Position numbers and translations under genes: made by a program. This document shows, piece after piece, positions 8,402-18,804 of a stretch of 64,000 nt of DNA (the stretch's first letter is position 1; each line of letters begins with the position of its first letter). Under the pieces are notes generated by a model. It searched no databases, was not told where the DNA came from, and was given only the letters and a program-made list of their open reading frames with translations. This DNA comes from an uncultured virus (IMG/VR IMGVR_UViG_3300006409_000029) (Duplodnaviria; Heunggongvirae; Uroviricota; Caudoviricetes): IMG/VR virus record IMGVR_UViG_3300006409_000029; one strand, given 5' to 3'.

Positions 8402-9697
8402 CTAGGTAAAGTATCCCCATACCCTTATCCAGCACTGCATAGTCCCGGCGCCCGAAGCATTGATGGTATAGTAGACATCCCCCTGGAGGTCGGTATTCAC
8501 AATCCCCAACTGGCTCACCGTCACCGCCCCAGGGGGCCTGGCGACTATCTGATATGCGTTAGAAGACGAGGGCCCCATCGAAAACTCCAATCCCGCCGTG
8601 CCCCAGGCGGCGCTGTCCTTTGCGATTAGCTCTATCAGGTATGCCCTGATGTGGCTGGTATCGCTCGGCGCCCCGCTGAAGGTGGACATGTCGAGCTGGG
8701 TGGCCGCCGTATCCGAATAGGCATCCCCGTCCCAGCTCGTATGCGTCCAGGGGGCATCGAGGGGATGAAACCGCGCCCCGGCGGTCATGTAGCCCCAGAC
8801 CTCTATCCAGACATCCAGCGTGCCCGTGCCGGACGCATCTATCCTGTAGAACAAATCCCCCTCCGGGCTGGCCGGGCAGAGCAGCGACTTGTAGACCATC
8901 AAGTCCCCGCCTGGCGGCCTGACCGCCGCCGCATACCAATACGCCGAGGACGGCCCCAGGGCGAGATAGAGGCCATCCGTTCCGGCTGTTGCGCTGTCTC
9001 TCGCCGCCAGCTTCAGGAGATATGCCCTGATGTGACTGGTATCGCTCGGCGCCCCGCTAAAGGTGGACATGTCGAGCTTGGTGGATGTCAGCACGTCCGA
9101 CTTGGCATCCCCGTCCCAGCTCGTGTGCGTCCAGGGCGACTCCAGCGGGTGGAAGCATGGCGAATCATATGTAAAGTACCCCCAAATATAGATATGGGCA
9201 TCGAGGGTCAGCGAGCCGGAGGCGTTTATCGTGTAATACAAATCGCCGTCCTCGTTCGCCGACACGATGGCATCGTTCTCCGCCCATATATCTCCTCCCC
9301 AGGGCCTCACGAGGGCCTGGTCCCACTCGGCGCTGGATGGCCCCAGGGCGAGGTAAAGGCCATCCACAGGGAAGGTGGCGCTATCCCTGGCGACCATGCG
9401 CACGGCATATGCCCTGATGTGGCTGGTATCGCTCGGCGCCCCGGTGAAGGTGGATATGTCGAGCAGCGCCGGGGTCAGCACGTCCGACTTGGCATCCCCA
9501 TCCCAGCTCGCATGTGACCAGGGCGATGGCAGGGGATGGTAGTAGAGCAGCTCATCCCCCATGACCACCCGCTTATTGCCCTTCGCCGTGCCGAGATAGA
9601 ACTTAAGCGAGTCGGTGCAAAGGGCCGGCTCCCCCTCTTGCAGGGAGGGGAGGTTGGCCTCGACCCCCCGCTTAATCTTGAGAGATGCTACCGCCAT
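8402..9697 (-). CDS. Tail fibre/receptor-binding protein: Mtd-N/hyaluronidase-N-like anchor plus three ~128-aa repeated domains
   Basis: KIKRGVEANLPSLQEGEPALCTD; three copies of HPL..PW.H.SWDGDA..STF.GAPSDTSHIRAY..WGY. Confidence 0.8.
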   Translation of the reverse strand: MAVASLKIKRGVEANLPSLQEGEPALCTDSLKFYLGTAKGNKRVVMGDELLYYHPLPSPWSHASWDGDAKSDVLTPALLDISTFTGAPSDTSHIRAYAVRMVARDSATFPVDGLYLALGPSSAEWDQALVRPWGGDIWAENDAIVSANEDGDLYYTINASGSLTLDAHIYIWGYFTYDSPCFHPLESPWTHTSWDGDAKSDVLTSTKLDMSTFSGAPSDTSHIRAYLLKLAARDSATAGTDGLYLALGPSSAYWYAAAVRPPGGDLMVYKSLLCPASPEGDLFYRIDASGTGTLDVWIEVWGYMTAGARFHPLDAPWTHTSWDGDAYSDTAATQLDMSTFSGAPSDTSHIRAYLIELIAKDSAAWGTAGLEFSMGPSSSNAYQIVARPPGAVTVSQLGIVNTDLQGDVYYTINASGAGTMQCWIRVWGYFT

Positions 9698-10537
9698 CTA
9701 GAAAGTGCCTCCGTCAATTATGCAATCGCCCAGCTCCGACGTGGAGAGGATGCTCAGCATCACGGAGTTTCCGATGTAGAAGAGGTATTTGTTGTTGGTC
9801 TCATCCCACCGGATATAGTCTCCCGACGCAAACCTGATGTAATACCCCGGCACCTCCAGCGTCCCCTGGACGGTGAGGTTACTCGATATGCGGGCATCCC
9901 CTGAGATGTCGAGGTTATACGACGGGGATAGCCCCACGCCCAGCCGTTTGTTGAGCATATCAACGACGATTGTGGACGCGCCGCTATCGTCGTAGAGAAC
10001 CAGGGAGTATGGGATACTTCCCGTCGCCCCGGAACCTGGGACGAGCTTGAAGTACGGCTCCAGTACGGCCTCCTGGGCCAGGCTCGTATCCCACCCCGAA
10101 CCCTGGAATGTCAGGGCGTGGCTGGTATATTGCACGGTGGATGTAGCCGTTCCCTCCTTAACTATGGTCACGTTCTGCAAGTTGAGGGTCGGCTCCGCCT
10201 CTATAGCCCCTATCGCCTCGGTATCCGAATACCGCGTGTGGTGCTGGGATGAGGTGACGCCTCCCAGGTCATCGTGCTGGAGCTGCGCCCACGCGAAGGT
10301 TGTCGTGCCAGTGGCCCGAATCGTATACCCCACCGTCAGGCCGCTGGCGGAGTGCTGTGCCCCCACCAAGGCGTGGGTCGGCATACTGGTCACGTCATCT
10401 TTCATGGTGACTTGTTTGTTCGCCGTGCCAGTCCCCATGAAGAGCTTGTATGTATCCGTTGTCCAGGCGAATTCCCCGGAGGCAAGCGTCGGCAACCCCG
10501 CCTCCGCTCCCCTCTTCACCTTAATGGTAACTGCCAT
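9698..10537 (-). CDS. Tail fibre protein with Mtd-N-like anchor
   Basis: KVKRGAEAGLPTLASGEFAWTTD, QHHTRY, C-terminal IDGGTF. Confidence 0.8.
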   Translation of the reverse strand: MAVTIKVKRGAEAGLPTLASGEFAWTTDTYKLFMGTGTANKQVTMKDDVTSMPTHALVGAQHSASGLTVGYTIRATGTTTFAWAQLQHDDLGGVTSSQHHTRYSDTEAIGAIEAEPTLNLQNVTIVKEGTATSTVQYTSHALTFQGSGWDTSLAQEAVLEPYFKLVPGSGATGSIPYSLVLYDDSGASTIVVDMLNKRLGVGLSPSYNLDISGDARISSNLTVQGTLEVPGYYIRFASGDYIRWDETNNKYLFYIGNSVMLSILSTSELGDCIIDGGTF

Positions 10538-10962
10538 TAGAAGCTACCTCCATCTATTATATCGCCATCGCACAGGACGGCGGCCCCATCTCTCTGGATG
10601 ATGGCCTTTCCTGCGCCTATATTCGTCACGTTTAAGATACAGTCCGAAGCGTTGTTGAACTGCATCTTTTTCAGCGTTTGTTGAAAATGAAAATCTCCCT
10701 GTAAGTCCAGATGACAGATGCCGCCGCCGGAGTTCTTGATGTAGAGCGTGGTATCCACCGTATCGGTGGCATCAATGGTCATATCCCCGCCGTAGCTCCA
10801 GGTGGCTCCCCCGATGGTTCCCACCACGTCTACAGCGTGAATCTCCTTAAACCTCTTCGTGGAGGAGCCGAGCGATAGCTCGTTATCGTTCTCCGGTATC
10901 CAGCTCCTTCCCCTATCTACAAAGTATGGAATTAGCCTGTCCACTAAATCCGACAGCCTCAT
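10537..10962 (-). CDS. Tail tip/fibre-linker protein
   Basis: LSLGSSTKRFKEIH motif, C-terminal IDGGSF, synteny. Confidence 0.65.
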   Translation of the reverse strand: MRLSDLVDRLIPYFVDRGRSWIPENDNELSLGSSTKRFKEIHAVDVVGTIGGATWSYGGDMTIDATDTVDTTLYIKNSGGGICHLDLQGDFHFQQTLKKMQFNNASDCILNVTNIGAGKAIIQRDGAAVLCDGDIIDGGSF

Positions 10963-12099
10963 CTACCATCTCGCTCCCAAATCAGCCCTCGCCAGCATGA
11001 TGTCGGCGCTTCCGCCCGGCCAGTCCGGCACGACGGTGAGCCTCCATCGGGCGGCATCGAATTCGGTCTCTTTGATGTGAAAAATCCTTAACGTCTCCAA
11101 CTCCGGGTTTCTCACTATCTCCGGCTCAGGTATCAGGTCATCTATCTGTATCAAGTCCCCCGCCCTCACCTCCCAAAGGTGATGGGCAGCTCCGGCTTCG
11201 TCCTTGACGTTGCCGGTGATGACCAGCTCCCCCTCCTGCATCGGGGAGGAGTGGTCTCTCAGATATGCGTTCCTCACCCACCGGGCAGTATCAGTCCCCC
11301 CCTGTCCCATCGAGAAGACCCCACGGCGGGTGATGTTCCACTTCTCCTTGCTGTCGTCATCGCTCTTGAAGGGGGTGATGACCTGCATCCCATCGTATGT
11401 GGTATAGATGACGGCCACCTCGTTCCACATATCCCTGGCCGAGCGTCGGAGGTTAAAGCCCGCCTCCAAATCCAAATCCGCTTTCGAGACATGCCAGTCT
11501 GGGACGCCCACCTTCCTCCTCTGGAAATAGGGCATCCTGTTCTCCCAAACTGCGAAATACCAGGGGTGGGAGGTCTTCCCGTCCCCAATCTTCCCCAATC
11601 TCTTGAAATGGTCTCCAGGGAAGCCGTTATTGGTGAAGGTAATTGGCGCCAGGTTAAAGTTCGGCGATTCGATATATCTAAAGTCGGGATAGATTTGGTC
11701 GCAGGCGGCCCGAATGATGTCCTTGATTATCTCATCGGCGTAGTGCGTCCCGGAGGTATAGCTGGTGGTATCGTTAAACGGGATGTCATAGCAATTCCTG
11801 AAGTATCCGTAGAACGTCAAATCCACGCCCTCAGCTCGCAGCTCTACGTCCTCCAGCCGTCCCTCCCAGACCACCTTCTCCGCGTAGCTGACCACTATCC
11901 GATAGAAAAACCTCTCCGCATACCACCTCCAGGACTCGGTGAACGAGCACGGCCAGAAGAAGCTCAGGGTGGCGAAGCCCCCCGGCACCGTCGTCCCGAA
12001 GGTCAGCCCCTCCGCCTTGGCCTCCATGCCGGCCTCCACCAGCCGAGGGGTGAAGAGGTCATTGTTATAGAGCTGCAATCCCAATCCCCTATAAGCCAT
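10963..12099 (-). CDS. Baseplate hub/tail tip (Tal-like) protein
   Basis: Follows Dit; VVWEGRLED and VRAGDLIQI motifs. Confidence 0.65.
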   Translation of the reverse strand: MAYRGLGLQLYNNDLFTPRLVEAGMEAKAEGLTFGTTVPGGFATLSFFWPCSFTESWRWYAERFFYRIVVSYAEKVVWEGRLEDVELRAEGVDLTFYGYFRNCYDIPFNDTTSYTSGTHYADEIIKDIIRAACDQIYPDFRYIESPNFNLAPITFTNNGFPGDHFKRLGKIGDGKTSHPWYFAVWENRMPYFQRRKVGVPDWHVSKADLDLEAGFNLRRSARDMWNEVAVIYTTYDGMQVITPFKSDDDSKEKWNITRRGVFSMGQGGTDTARWVRNAYLRDHSSPMQEGELVITGNVKDEAGAAHHLWEVRAGDLIQIDDLIPEPEIVRNPELETLRIFHIKETEFDAARWRLTVVPDWPGGSADIMLARADLGARW

Positions 12100-12106
12100 C
12101 TCTATC

Positions 12107-14416
12107 TCACGGCACCAGGATGTATCTCGGCCTGTAGCGCACTATCGTCCCCATGCGGGCGTGGATGTCATGCCCTCCGTAACTGAATCTAAACAACCTA
12201 TCATACGTCCCAGGGGAGAACCACGTCGCACTGGTGTAATACGACCCATGATAGTCGTCCCACCAGTAGTACTCATCGTCGCTGGTCGTCCCCCACTGGA
12301 TGTAGTTATCCGGGTCCTCAGCGGTCTGGTCGCTCCAGAGCGTTATGTGATACCTCGTGCCGCCGGTGAGGCTGGGCGGCGTGGGGAAGCTGAAAGCGAC
12401 CCACTCCCAGTCGGTGTCAATGCCCGACATCGCCACCGAACTGCTCGTGCCGTTAGTCACCACCGTCCCGCTGGGGAGGCCAGCTCCATCGTCGGTCATT
12501 ATCTTCACGGTGAGATTGTTGGTCGGGCTTCCGACCCTCCGCAGGTAGAGCCAGACGACCTTCGGGGAGCAGTTAGCATCGCAGTGAAACGCCTGCCCCA
12601 GGCTCTCATCCCCCGGCCCAAACCACAAGTCCCCCGTAGCCTCGACGGCATCCTCGGCATCGAAATCCGGTAGCGGCTCCTCCTGGGCCTGTATCAGGAA
12701 GTGCCCCACCTCTCCAGGCTTCAGCCAGGCGTGGGTGCCGATATACTCCAGGCCCCTCACCCCCTCGACATACCTCGCCGCCGCCAGCGGCGACTCCTCC
12801 ACGAAGAGCGCCGGCGGGTCAACTATCGTCGAGATGGAGAGGTAATCCGAGAGGGCCTTCTCCTGAGAGAAATATGCCACCCCGCCGGTCTCCAGCGGGC
12901 AGAGGAAGAAGTAATCCATATCTAAAGTGCCAGTACCGGCCAGGGATTTGGCCTCGATGCCGACATACAGCTCCTCGGCGTAGAGGTCATCCGGGACGTT
13001 GAACGGCGGCAGCGTAATCGTCCCCAGCCGCACTATCCCCCACTCCCCCATCGGGAGTTTGGTGACGTAATCGCTCCAGTCCCCCAGCCAGGTCTTGACT
13101 ACCCCCGCCTCCGGCCTCACCCTCATCTTGAAGTTCTGGTCGGTGTCGTTCACCCTCACGCGGGCGTAGACGGTGTACTCCCCCTTATGGGTCTCAAATC
13201 CCTTGGAGTCCGCCGTCCCGACGACCAGGAACTTCCCGGTCGCCTTCTGCCCTCCGCCGGTCGGACTGAAGCGGGAGAACGCCCCCGCCGACGCCTCCGT
13301 ATCGCTTATATCGGTCACGTTGGTCATGAAGTCCTCGGCCTCGGCAAAGGTGTTCCACATGCGACCTATATCGGCATCTACCGATTTGAAGCCCCAGTAG
13401 ACCCAGCGCGGCGTCTGGCCGATGGGCCACATGGACAGCGCACAGGCGGCGGGGACATCCCCTGGCACTCCCGCCACCTCCAGCACGCCCGCGTGCTCTA
13501 TGTCGCTATCATCGTGGTTATAGAGATAGGCGTAGCTGCTCCACGCCTCTGGCGGCGTGGTGTTCTTGTCGCTGAGGTAGACGCCATCTATATACGCCGT
13601 CAGAGCGGTAGCCGTATCCTGGACGAACTCCACCTGCAAGTTTATCGAGCCGACGTTGTTCGTCCAGCTCAGGCTAATCTGCGTCCAGGAGGAAGCCGTC
13701 GAGGTAGTGCTGGCCCGCACGACGTTATTGGTGATGTCTTTTAATCTCATCCGGAGAACTCCAGAGCTTACCCATACCCACGCGCTCAGCACGATGGTAT
13801 CTCCAGACGAGGAATACCACCAGTTCAACGCCTGGGCCGCCCCATCCCCAGCCGCGCTCCCAGCTATCTGGAGGCAATATCTCCCATAGACCCCCGTCTC
13901 CCAGCGGCTTATGGTCGCCGTGCCGAGGGCCGACCAGCTATCCGGCGGGCTTCCCCTCTCGAAGTTGCCATTCAGGATTCGGTTGAACAGCACCACCTCA
14001 TCCCCACGGGCAAATGGCTTCGCCGGAAGGGTCACTACCACCCTCTCTACCAGGCGGGCCACCCACATCCCATCCGGGGCGGCGGCTACCTCCGCCGTGC
14101 CCGTGAATGTATCGAAATACAGGGATTTGGAAGACCCAGGCGGTCTGTATTCGAGGACGTTCGTCTCCTTGAGCACCTCATCGTAGAGGTCTCTTATGGC
14201 CGACCTGAGCTGCGCCTCGGTATCGCAGAGTATCGCCAGCGTGAGCTGGATGGTGCGATTCCCGAAGCGGTGCTCGGTCATCAGCTCCCCATCCCGAAAC
14301 ATGGTCTCGCCGGCCCACGACCTGGTGATGGGCGGCGGCGGGAGGCTTATATCCTGAATCGCATATGGCGAGCTATTAAGGTCGAGATTTCCCAGCTTAC
14401 AATATGTCTTCTCCAC
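12107..14416 (-). CDS. Distal tail (Dit) protein with inserted carbohydrate-binding modules
   Basis: Follows tape measure; NRTIQLTL and PFARG; NRILNGNFE CBM4/9-like module; C-terminal LGQAF..LYLRRVGSP module. Confidence 0.7.
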   Translation of the reverse strand: MEKTYCKLGNLDLNSSPYAIQDISLPPPPITRSWAGETMFRDGELMTEHRFGNRTIQLTLAILCDTEAQLRSAIRDLYDEVLKETNVLEYRPPGSSKSLYFDTFTGTAEVAAAPDGMWVARLVERVVVTLPAKPFARGDEVVLFNRILNGNFERGSPPDSWSALGTATISRWETGVYGRYCLQIAGSAAGDGAAQALNWWYSSSGDTIVLSAWVWVSSGVLRMRLKDITNNVVRASTTSTASSWTQISLSWTNNVGSINLQVEFVQDTATALTAYIDGVYLSDKNTTPPEAWSSYAYLYNHDDSDIEHAGVLEVAGVPGDVPAACALSMWPIGQTPRWVYWGFKSVDADIGRMWNTFAEAEDFMTNVTDISDTEASAGAFSRFSPTGGGQKATGKFLVVGTADSKGFETHKGEYTVYARVRVNDTDQNFKMRVRPEAGVVKTWLGDWSDYVTKLPMGEWGIVRLGTITLPPFNVPDDLYAEELYVGIEAKSLAGTGTLDMDYFFLCPLETGGVAYFSQEKALSDYLSISTIVDPPALFVEESPLAAARYVEGVRGLEYIGTHAWLKPGEVGHFLIQAQEEPLPDFDAEDAVEATGDLWFGPGDESLGQAFHCDANCSPKVVWLYLRRVGSPTNNLTVKIMTDDGAGLPSGTVVTNGTSSSVAMSGIDTDWEWVAFSFPTPPSLTGGTRYHITLWSDQTAEDPDNYIQWGTTSDDEYYWWDDYHGSYYTSATWFSPGTYDRLFRFSYGGHDIHARMGTIVRYRPRYILVP

Positions 14417-14417
14417 G

Positions 14418-17400
14418 TCACGCTCCTAAAGCTGCTCTCTGGCGGGCCCTTCTCCCGACGAGCCTCGCTATCTCGTTAGCCAGCCGATAGATGTCGGCCT
14501 CTTCTCTTATCACGGCCTGTTGAATGACGACCAAGGGGGCCTCTCTCCTGACCTCCCTTGCCGGAGATACCGGCAGGCGGGCCAGCGGGCGAAGCAAGCC
14601 CCTCCAGTCCCTCTCCGTCAGGACGAACTCCCCCCTATGGAGCCAGAACCGCCCCGTGAAGGGCACAAACCCACCCTTCTGGAATTCCACCGGCAGGTGG
14701 CGAGGCACGATGTAATCCGGCTCCGCAGGCTTCGGCTCGACTATATCCTTCCAGATGGGAGGCATGTATGGCGCCTCTGGCGCCTCCGGCTCCTCCGGCA
14801 CCTCTGGCTCAGGAGGAGGAGGCGGCGGATGGGGAATGGGAACTGCCCCCAACCCCGGAATTAACATTATCTCCGGATGGGACGCTATCCAGTCCCGAAT
14901 CTCCTTAAACACCTGCAATACGCTTTTCAGGGCGTTTTTGAGGTTTCGGAGGGCATCCACCAGCATATCAATCACAAGAACGGCCCTGAGCCAGGGGTCA
15001 TCCGTCTCCAGAATCAAATGCAGCTCTTCCCAACGGCTCTTGGCGTCCTTGGCGAACTGCTTGAAGCGGTTGGCTATGGCCTCTCTTCTCTTCCATATCT
15101 CCCAGACGCCCCAGATTGCCAGGCCGACGAGACCCAGCACGAGTATCAGCTTGCCGAGCCAGAAGAGCAAACCTAACGCCCCGCCGATTCCCACCCCGGC
15201 CAGTATCGCCTTGAGGATGAGGAAGGCTGTGCCTAGATTGATAAAGCCCTTCACCACCGGCATGATGACCTTCTGGAGGGGCGTGATGACCTCCAAGAGG
15301 GCCACAAACTTCCCGGCAGCCCTTCCGAGCCTCTGTATGTCCTCCTCGCTGAACTGGTCGAAGAATTCCTTTATCTTCTCGACCAGAGGCTCCGCCTCCT
15401 CACGGAGTTTCTCCATGCGCGTCCTCAGCTCATCGAGGGTCTGGCGAAGCATCATGCCTCGCCTGAACGCCTCCGGCATAGGTTCCCTCCCCAGCCAGGG
15501 CTCCCCCCTGAACCCTCTCATGAACAACTCTATATCTCTCCTGAGCTGCTTAAAGCGCTCGGAGAACTCCACCATCGGAGGCTTGAGCTTCTCAAAGCGC
15601 TCCTTGAAGGCATCGAGGACGCTCTTGCCGGTCTCGCCGAGCTTCGCCAGGCCCAAGTCCATCCCGCTCAGGAGGTCTTCCATCGCCTCGCCCACCTGTC
15701 TCGCCCTGCGCTCCAGGGACTCTAAGATGGCCTCCTGGCGGGCCCAGATGTCGAAGCCCCTCTGTATCTGGGTGGAGAGCGCCCTCTGCTGCTGGGCCTC
15801 CTCCTCGGCGGCCCTCAGCTCCAGGCGGGCCTTCCTCATCTTCGTCGCCATCTCCTCGGTGACGAAGCCCTTTTCCGCCTCTTTGTTATACTCCTCCTGG
15901 ACTTCGGTCATCCTGGCCTGGGCAGCCGATAGTCTCGCCAGGGCCCTGACGTAATCGAGGACATCCTCCCCGGCCCCCTCCATCAGCTCGCCCAGCTCGG
16001 TCAACGTCTCCTCGCTGAGCTTGCCCTGCTCCTGAAGCTCCTTACCCAGGCGGGCCACAAGCTCCTGCGCCCTCAGCATGACCTCGGCATACCTCGTCTC
16101 ATCGAGATAGCCGATGTCGAAGAGCGTCCTGAGCCTTTCCTCCACCGGCCTGAGAGCCTGCTCCATGAAGTCGAACGAGGCCAGGGTGAAGCCATAGAAG
16201 TACTGCTCTATCAGCCTGCGGCCCCACTCGATTATCTTCCGCAGGGGCCCCACTCTGGGAGGCGAGCTGGCCCCTATCCACATTTTGATGAGGTTCCCGA
16301 CGAACCCCAAAGCACTCACCAATACCGAGCTGGCCCCCTCGACGAATCCACGGGCGAAGTTCGCGATGAGGTTAAAGCCCCAGGAGAGGAACCCACCGCT
16401 CCACTCGTCGAATTTCTGATATACCCTGGTGGCCCAATCCCCCAGCACCATCAGGCTATAGGTGAGGCCGAGTTTCGCAGCCTCGCCGAGATTGAGCCAG
16501 AAGTCCTCCCAGTCGCCCTGCATGGCTTTGAGGGCCGCCGAGAGCACCAGCCTCAACGTCGAGAGGCCCGTGGCAGCGGCGTCGCTCAGCCACGTCCATT
16601 TCTTGCTGCCCTCCAGCAGCCTCAGCCCCAGGGTGTCGAGATAGGCCAGGATGCGGGGCATATTTCTATCCACCTCGGCCACAAACCATCCCAGCGTCTC
16701 CCCTATCCCCCTGAGCGTCCTGGCTATTATCCTGAACGGCGTACTGCGGGAGATGACCTGGGCCAGCCTCCTCACTATCCTGGTGAAGTGCTCCAGGAGA
16801 GCTGCCGATACCGCCAGGCCAAATCGCAGCTTCGGCCCCGCTGCCTCCACCAGCCGCCCCAATCCCAGGGCTATCCCCTTGAGCACCGGCATGAAGACCT
16901 GGAACCCTATCGCCGCCAAGTCCTTGAACTGCGCCCGCAGCATGGCGAGAGCGTCCTTGGCGGTAATCGAGACCTCTCCCACAGCGCGGGCCTGCATCCT
17001 CAAGAACGCCAGCGTCGCCTCCAGAAAGGCGGCCTTTCGCTCGGCCTCCGTCAGCTCCGCCGCCGTCTTGCCCAGTCTCGCGGCGAAGGCCCGATACGCG
17101 GCGTTGGCGTTGAAGACTATTCCTATGTTATCGAGTATCTTCTTGGATGTGCGGGCCAGGCCGTTAATCAGCGACTCATAGGCGTAGGCCATATTCACGC
17201 CGAGAATCTTGCTGGCCCGCCTGGCCCCAGCTATCAGCTCCGGCAGATATTGGACGATGTTCTTGCCGTAGACCAGGACGGCGTAATTGGCCTTCTGCAT
17301 CAAGTCGAGGTGGGAGAGCGTGCCAGCCGCCGCCTCCCTCATGGCTTCGAGCAGTTTCCTCCCGGCCACCCCCGCCGCGCTCGCCAGGGCGTGGAACGAC

Positions 17401-17999
17401 CGCTGAATCTCCTCGAAAGCGGGAGCCGTCTGCATGAGCGCCCGCGTCATCCCGGTCACAAACTCAAGCACCTGGTCTAAGACGCGATACAAGACATACC
17501 GCACCGTGACCACCCTGAACGTCCTCCAGACGGCCCGTGCGGTATCTCTCAGCGCGTTAAGAGGATTGATGGCCGCCATAGCCCGTCGGCCCAGATTGAG
17601 GAGCGCCCTCCCCATCCTCCAGGTGACGGGGGTGATGCGGAATCCCAATAGCCTGCTCAGCCCTGCCCCCACAGCTCTCAGGATTCCCACCTGCACCGCC
17701 GCCCTGCCCAGGGCAGTGCCCCACCGCCTCCACTGAAGCTCCTGCTCCCGAATCTGGCTGGTCAGCTTCGCCTCCAGCCAGGAGAGGTTGGAAATCTCAT
17801 GGCGAAGCTGCCCCAGCCTGGTGAGCGTGCCGCTCACCATCTGCTGGCGGTAGCGCTCTGCGGAAGCCTGGCGGCGCAGCTCCGCCCTCATCCGGCGGAG
17901 TTCCTCGCGAGCGGAGCGCAAATCCCTCTCCGCCCTGCGGGCGCCCTCCCTCTTGAATTCGCTTATCAGCCTGATGAATACGTTTCTTACCTGTTCCAT
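14418..17999 (-). CDS. Tail tape measure protein
   Basis: 1193 aa, helical; KILDNIGI, SSPPRVGPL and FQKGG..LHRGEFVL motifs; hydrophobic segment. Confidence 0.9.
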   Translation of the reverse strand: MEQVRNVFIRLISEFKREGARRAERDLRSAREELRRMRAELRRQASAERYRQQMVSGTLTRLGQLRHEISNLSWLEAKLTSQIREQELQWRRWGTALGRAAVQVGILRAVGAGLSRLLGFRITPVTWRMGRALLNLGRRAMAAINPLNALRDTARAVWRTFRVVTVRYVLYRVLDQVLEFVTGMTRALMQTAPAFEEIQRSFHALASAAGVAGRKLLEAMREAAAGTLSHLDLMQKANYAVLVYGKNIVQYLPELIAGARRASKILGVNMAYAYESLINGLARTSKKILDNIGIVFNANAAYRAFAARLGKTAAELTEAERKAAFLEATLAFLRMQARAVGEVSITAKDALAMLRAQFKDLAAIGFQVFMPVLKGIALGLGRLVEAAGPKLRFGLAVSAALLEHFTRIVRRLAQVISRSTPFRIIARTLRGIGETLGWFVAEVDRNMPRILAYLDTLGLRLLEGSKKWTWLSDAAATGLSTLRLVLSAALKAMQGDWEDFWLNLGEAAKLGLTYSLMVLGDWATRVYQKFDEWSGGFLSWGFNLIANFARGFVEGASSVLVSALGFVGNLIKMWIGASSPPRVGPLRKIIEWGRRLIEQYFYGFTLASFDFMEQALRPVEERLRTLFDIGYLDETRYAEVMLRAQELVARLGKELQEQGKLSEETLTELGELMEGAGEDVLDYVRALARLSAAQARMTEVQEEYNKEAEKGFVTEEMATKMRKARLELRAAEEEAQQQRALSTQIQRGFDIWARQEAILESLERRARQVGEAMEDLLSGMDLGLAKLGETGKSVLDAFKERFEKLKPPMVEFSERFKQLRRDIELFMRGFRGEPWLGREPMPEAFRRGMMLRQTLDELRTRMEKLREEAEPLVEKIKEFFDQFSEEDIQRLGRAAGKFVALLEVITPLQKVIMPVVKGFINLGTAFLILKAILAGVGIGGALGLLFWLGKLILVLGLVGLAIWGVWEIWKRREAIANRFKQFAKDAKSRWEELHLILETDDPWLRAVLVIDMLVDALRNLKNALKSVLQVFKEIRDWIASHPEIMLIPGLGAVPIPHPPPPPPEPEVPEEPEAPEAPYMPPIWKDIVEPKPAEPDYIVPRHLPVEFQKGGFVPFTGRFWLHRGEFVLTERDWRGLLRPLARLPVSPAREVRREAPLVVIQQAVIREEADIYRLANEIARLVGRRARQRAALGA

Positions 18000-18028
18000 A
18001 AAGTGCCACCTGACACTTCCGGGAAACT

Positions 18029-18057
18029 AAAAGGGGAATGGGCCAGGCCCATTCCCC
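18029..18057 (-). terminator. Intrinsic terminator before the tape measure gene
   Basis: 11-bp stem GGGGAATGGGC/GCCCATTCCCC followed by TTTT on the minus strand. Confidence 0.7.
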
Positions 18058-18073
18058 AGTTGCGCATACATGT

Positions 18074-18455
18074 CTACTCTTGCTGCTGGCGAGCCTTCCG
18101 GAGAAGGTCGCCGAAGGTTTGTGGCCGACGGCCCGGCTCTCTTCTACAGAAGTCCTGAATCGCAGCGGCGGCCTCCTTACTTCCCATCCCCGCTGCCACC
18201 GCCACGCTCACGGACTCCAGCTCCCAGGCTTTCTCCGCGTGCTGCCATTCCCTCGTGAGGATGGCGGCATGGAGGGCCTGGGGCAGTGTAAGTTTGTCCA
18301 GCGTATAATCTGGTGCAAAGAAAAACGGTGGCCCCGCCAGGAGCAATATCAGCTCGTCGAGGTCGTCTCCCCAGCCGAGGTCTCTCCAGCCCTCGCGAGG
18401 ATGCCCTGCGCCAGGACGCTTTGCAGCGCTGGCATCAGAGGGGCGAAAAAATTTT
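18074..18455 (-). CDS. Tail assembly chaperone, -1 frameshift extension (gpGT-like)
   Basis: Lies in the -1 frame of ORF 18349-18804 and is entered at GAA AAT TTT TTC. Confidence 0.7.
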
Positions 18456-18804
18456 CTATCAGCGCCTTGGCCCACTTGCCCCCGTTGATGTCTATGCATA
18501 CTTTGAGGGCGTGTTCTATCTCCGGCTCAGGCGCGTCGAGAAGGTGCTCCCTCTCTAAGTCGGGGATGACGAGATTGAGTATCCTGTAGAGGATGTCAAA
18601 CCCGACCCCCAGGACGGACGCACCCTCATCCATCCAATCCGGCTTTGGAGCATCCGACTCGGCGAAGTAATCCACTATGCTCTTCAGCTCCTCCTCGAAC
18701 TCCAAATACCGGCGGAGGGGCTGGGGCCTGACCTCATATTCGACGCCCCCGACGGTAATTATCACCGTTTCGGGTCGCCATATCTTCTTGCGCTTTTGGG
18801 CCAT
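18349..18804 (-). CDS. Tail assembly chaperone (gpG-like)
   Basis: Between tube and tape measure genes; ITVGGVEYEVRP. Confidence 0.8.
   Translation of the reverse strand: MAQKRKKIWRPETVIITVGGVEYEVRPQPLRRYLEFEEELKSIVDYFAESDAPKPDWMDEGASVLGVGFDILYRILNLVIPDLEREHLLDAPEPEIEHALKVCIDINGGKWAKALIENFFAPLMPALQSVLAQGILARAGETSAGETTSTS

Noticed and set aside
8402..9697. DGR target, suggested by the Mtd-like N-terminus
   Set aside because: Only the anchor domain is Mtd-like; repeat differences are not adenine-restricted; no reverse transcriptase in the window.
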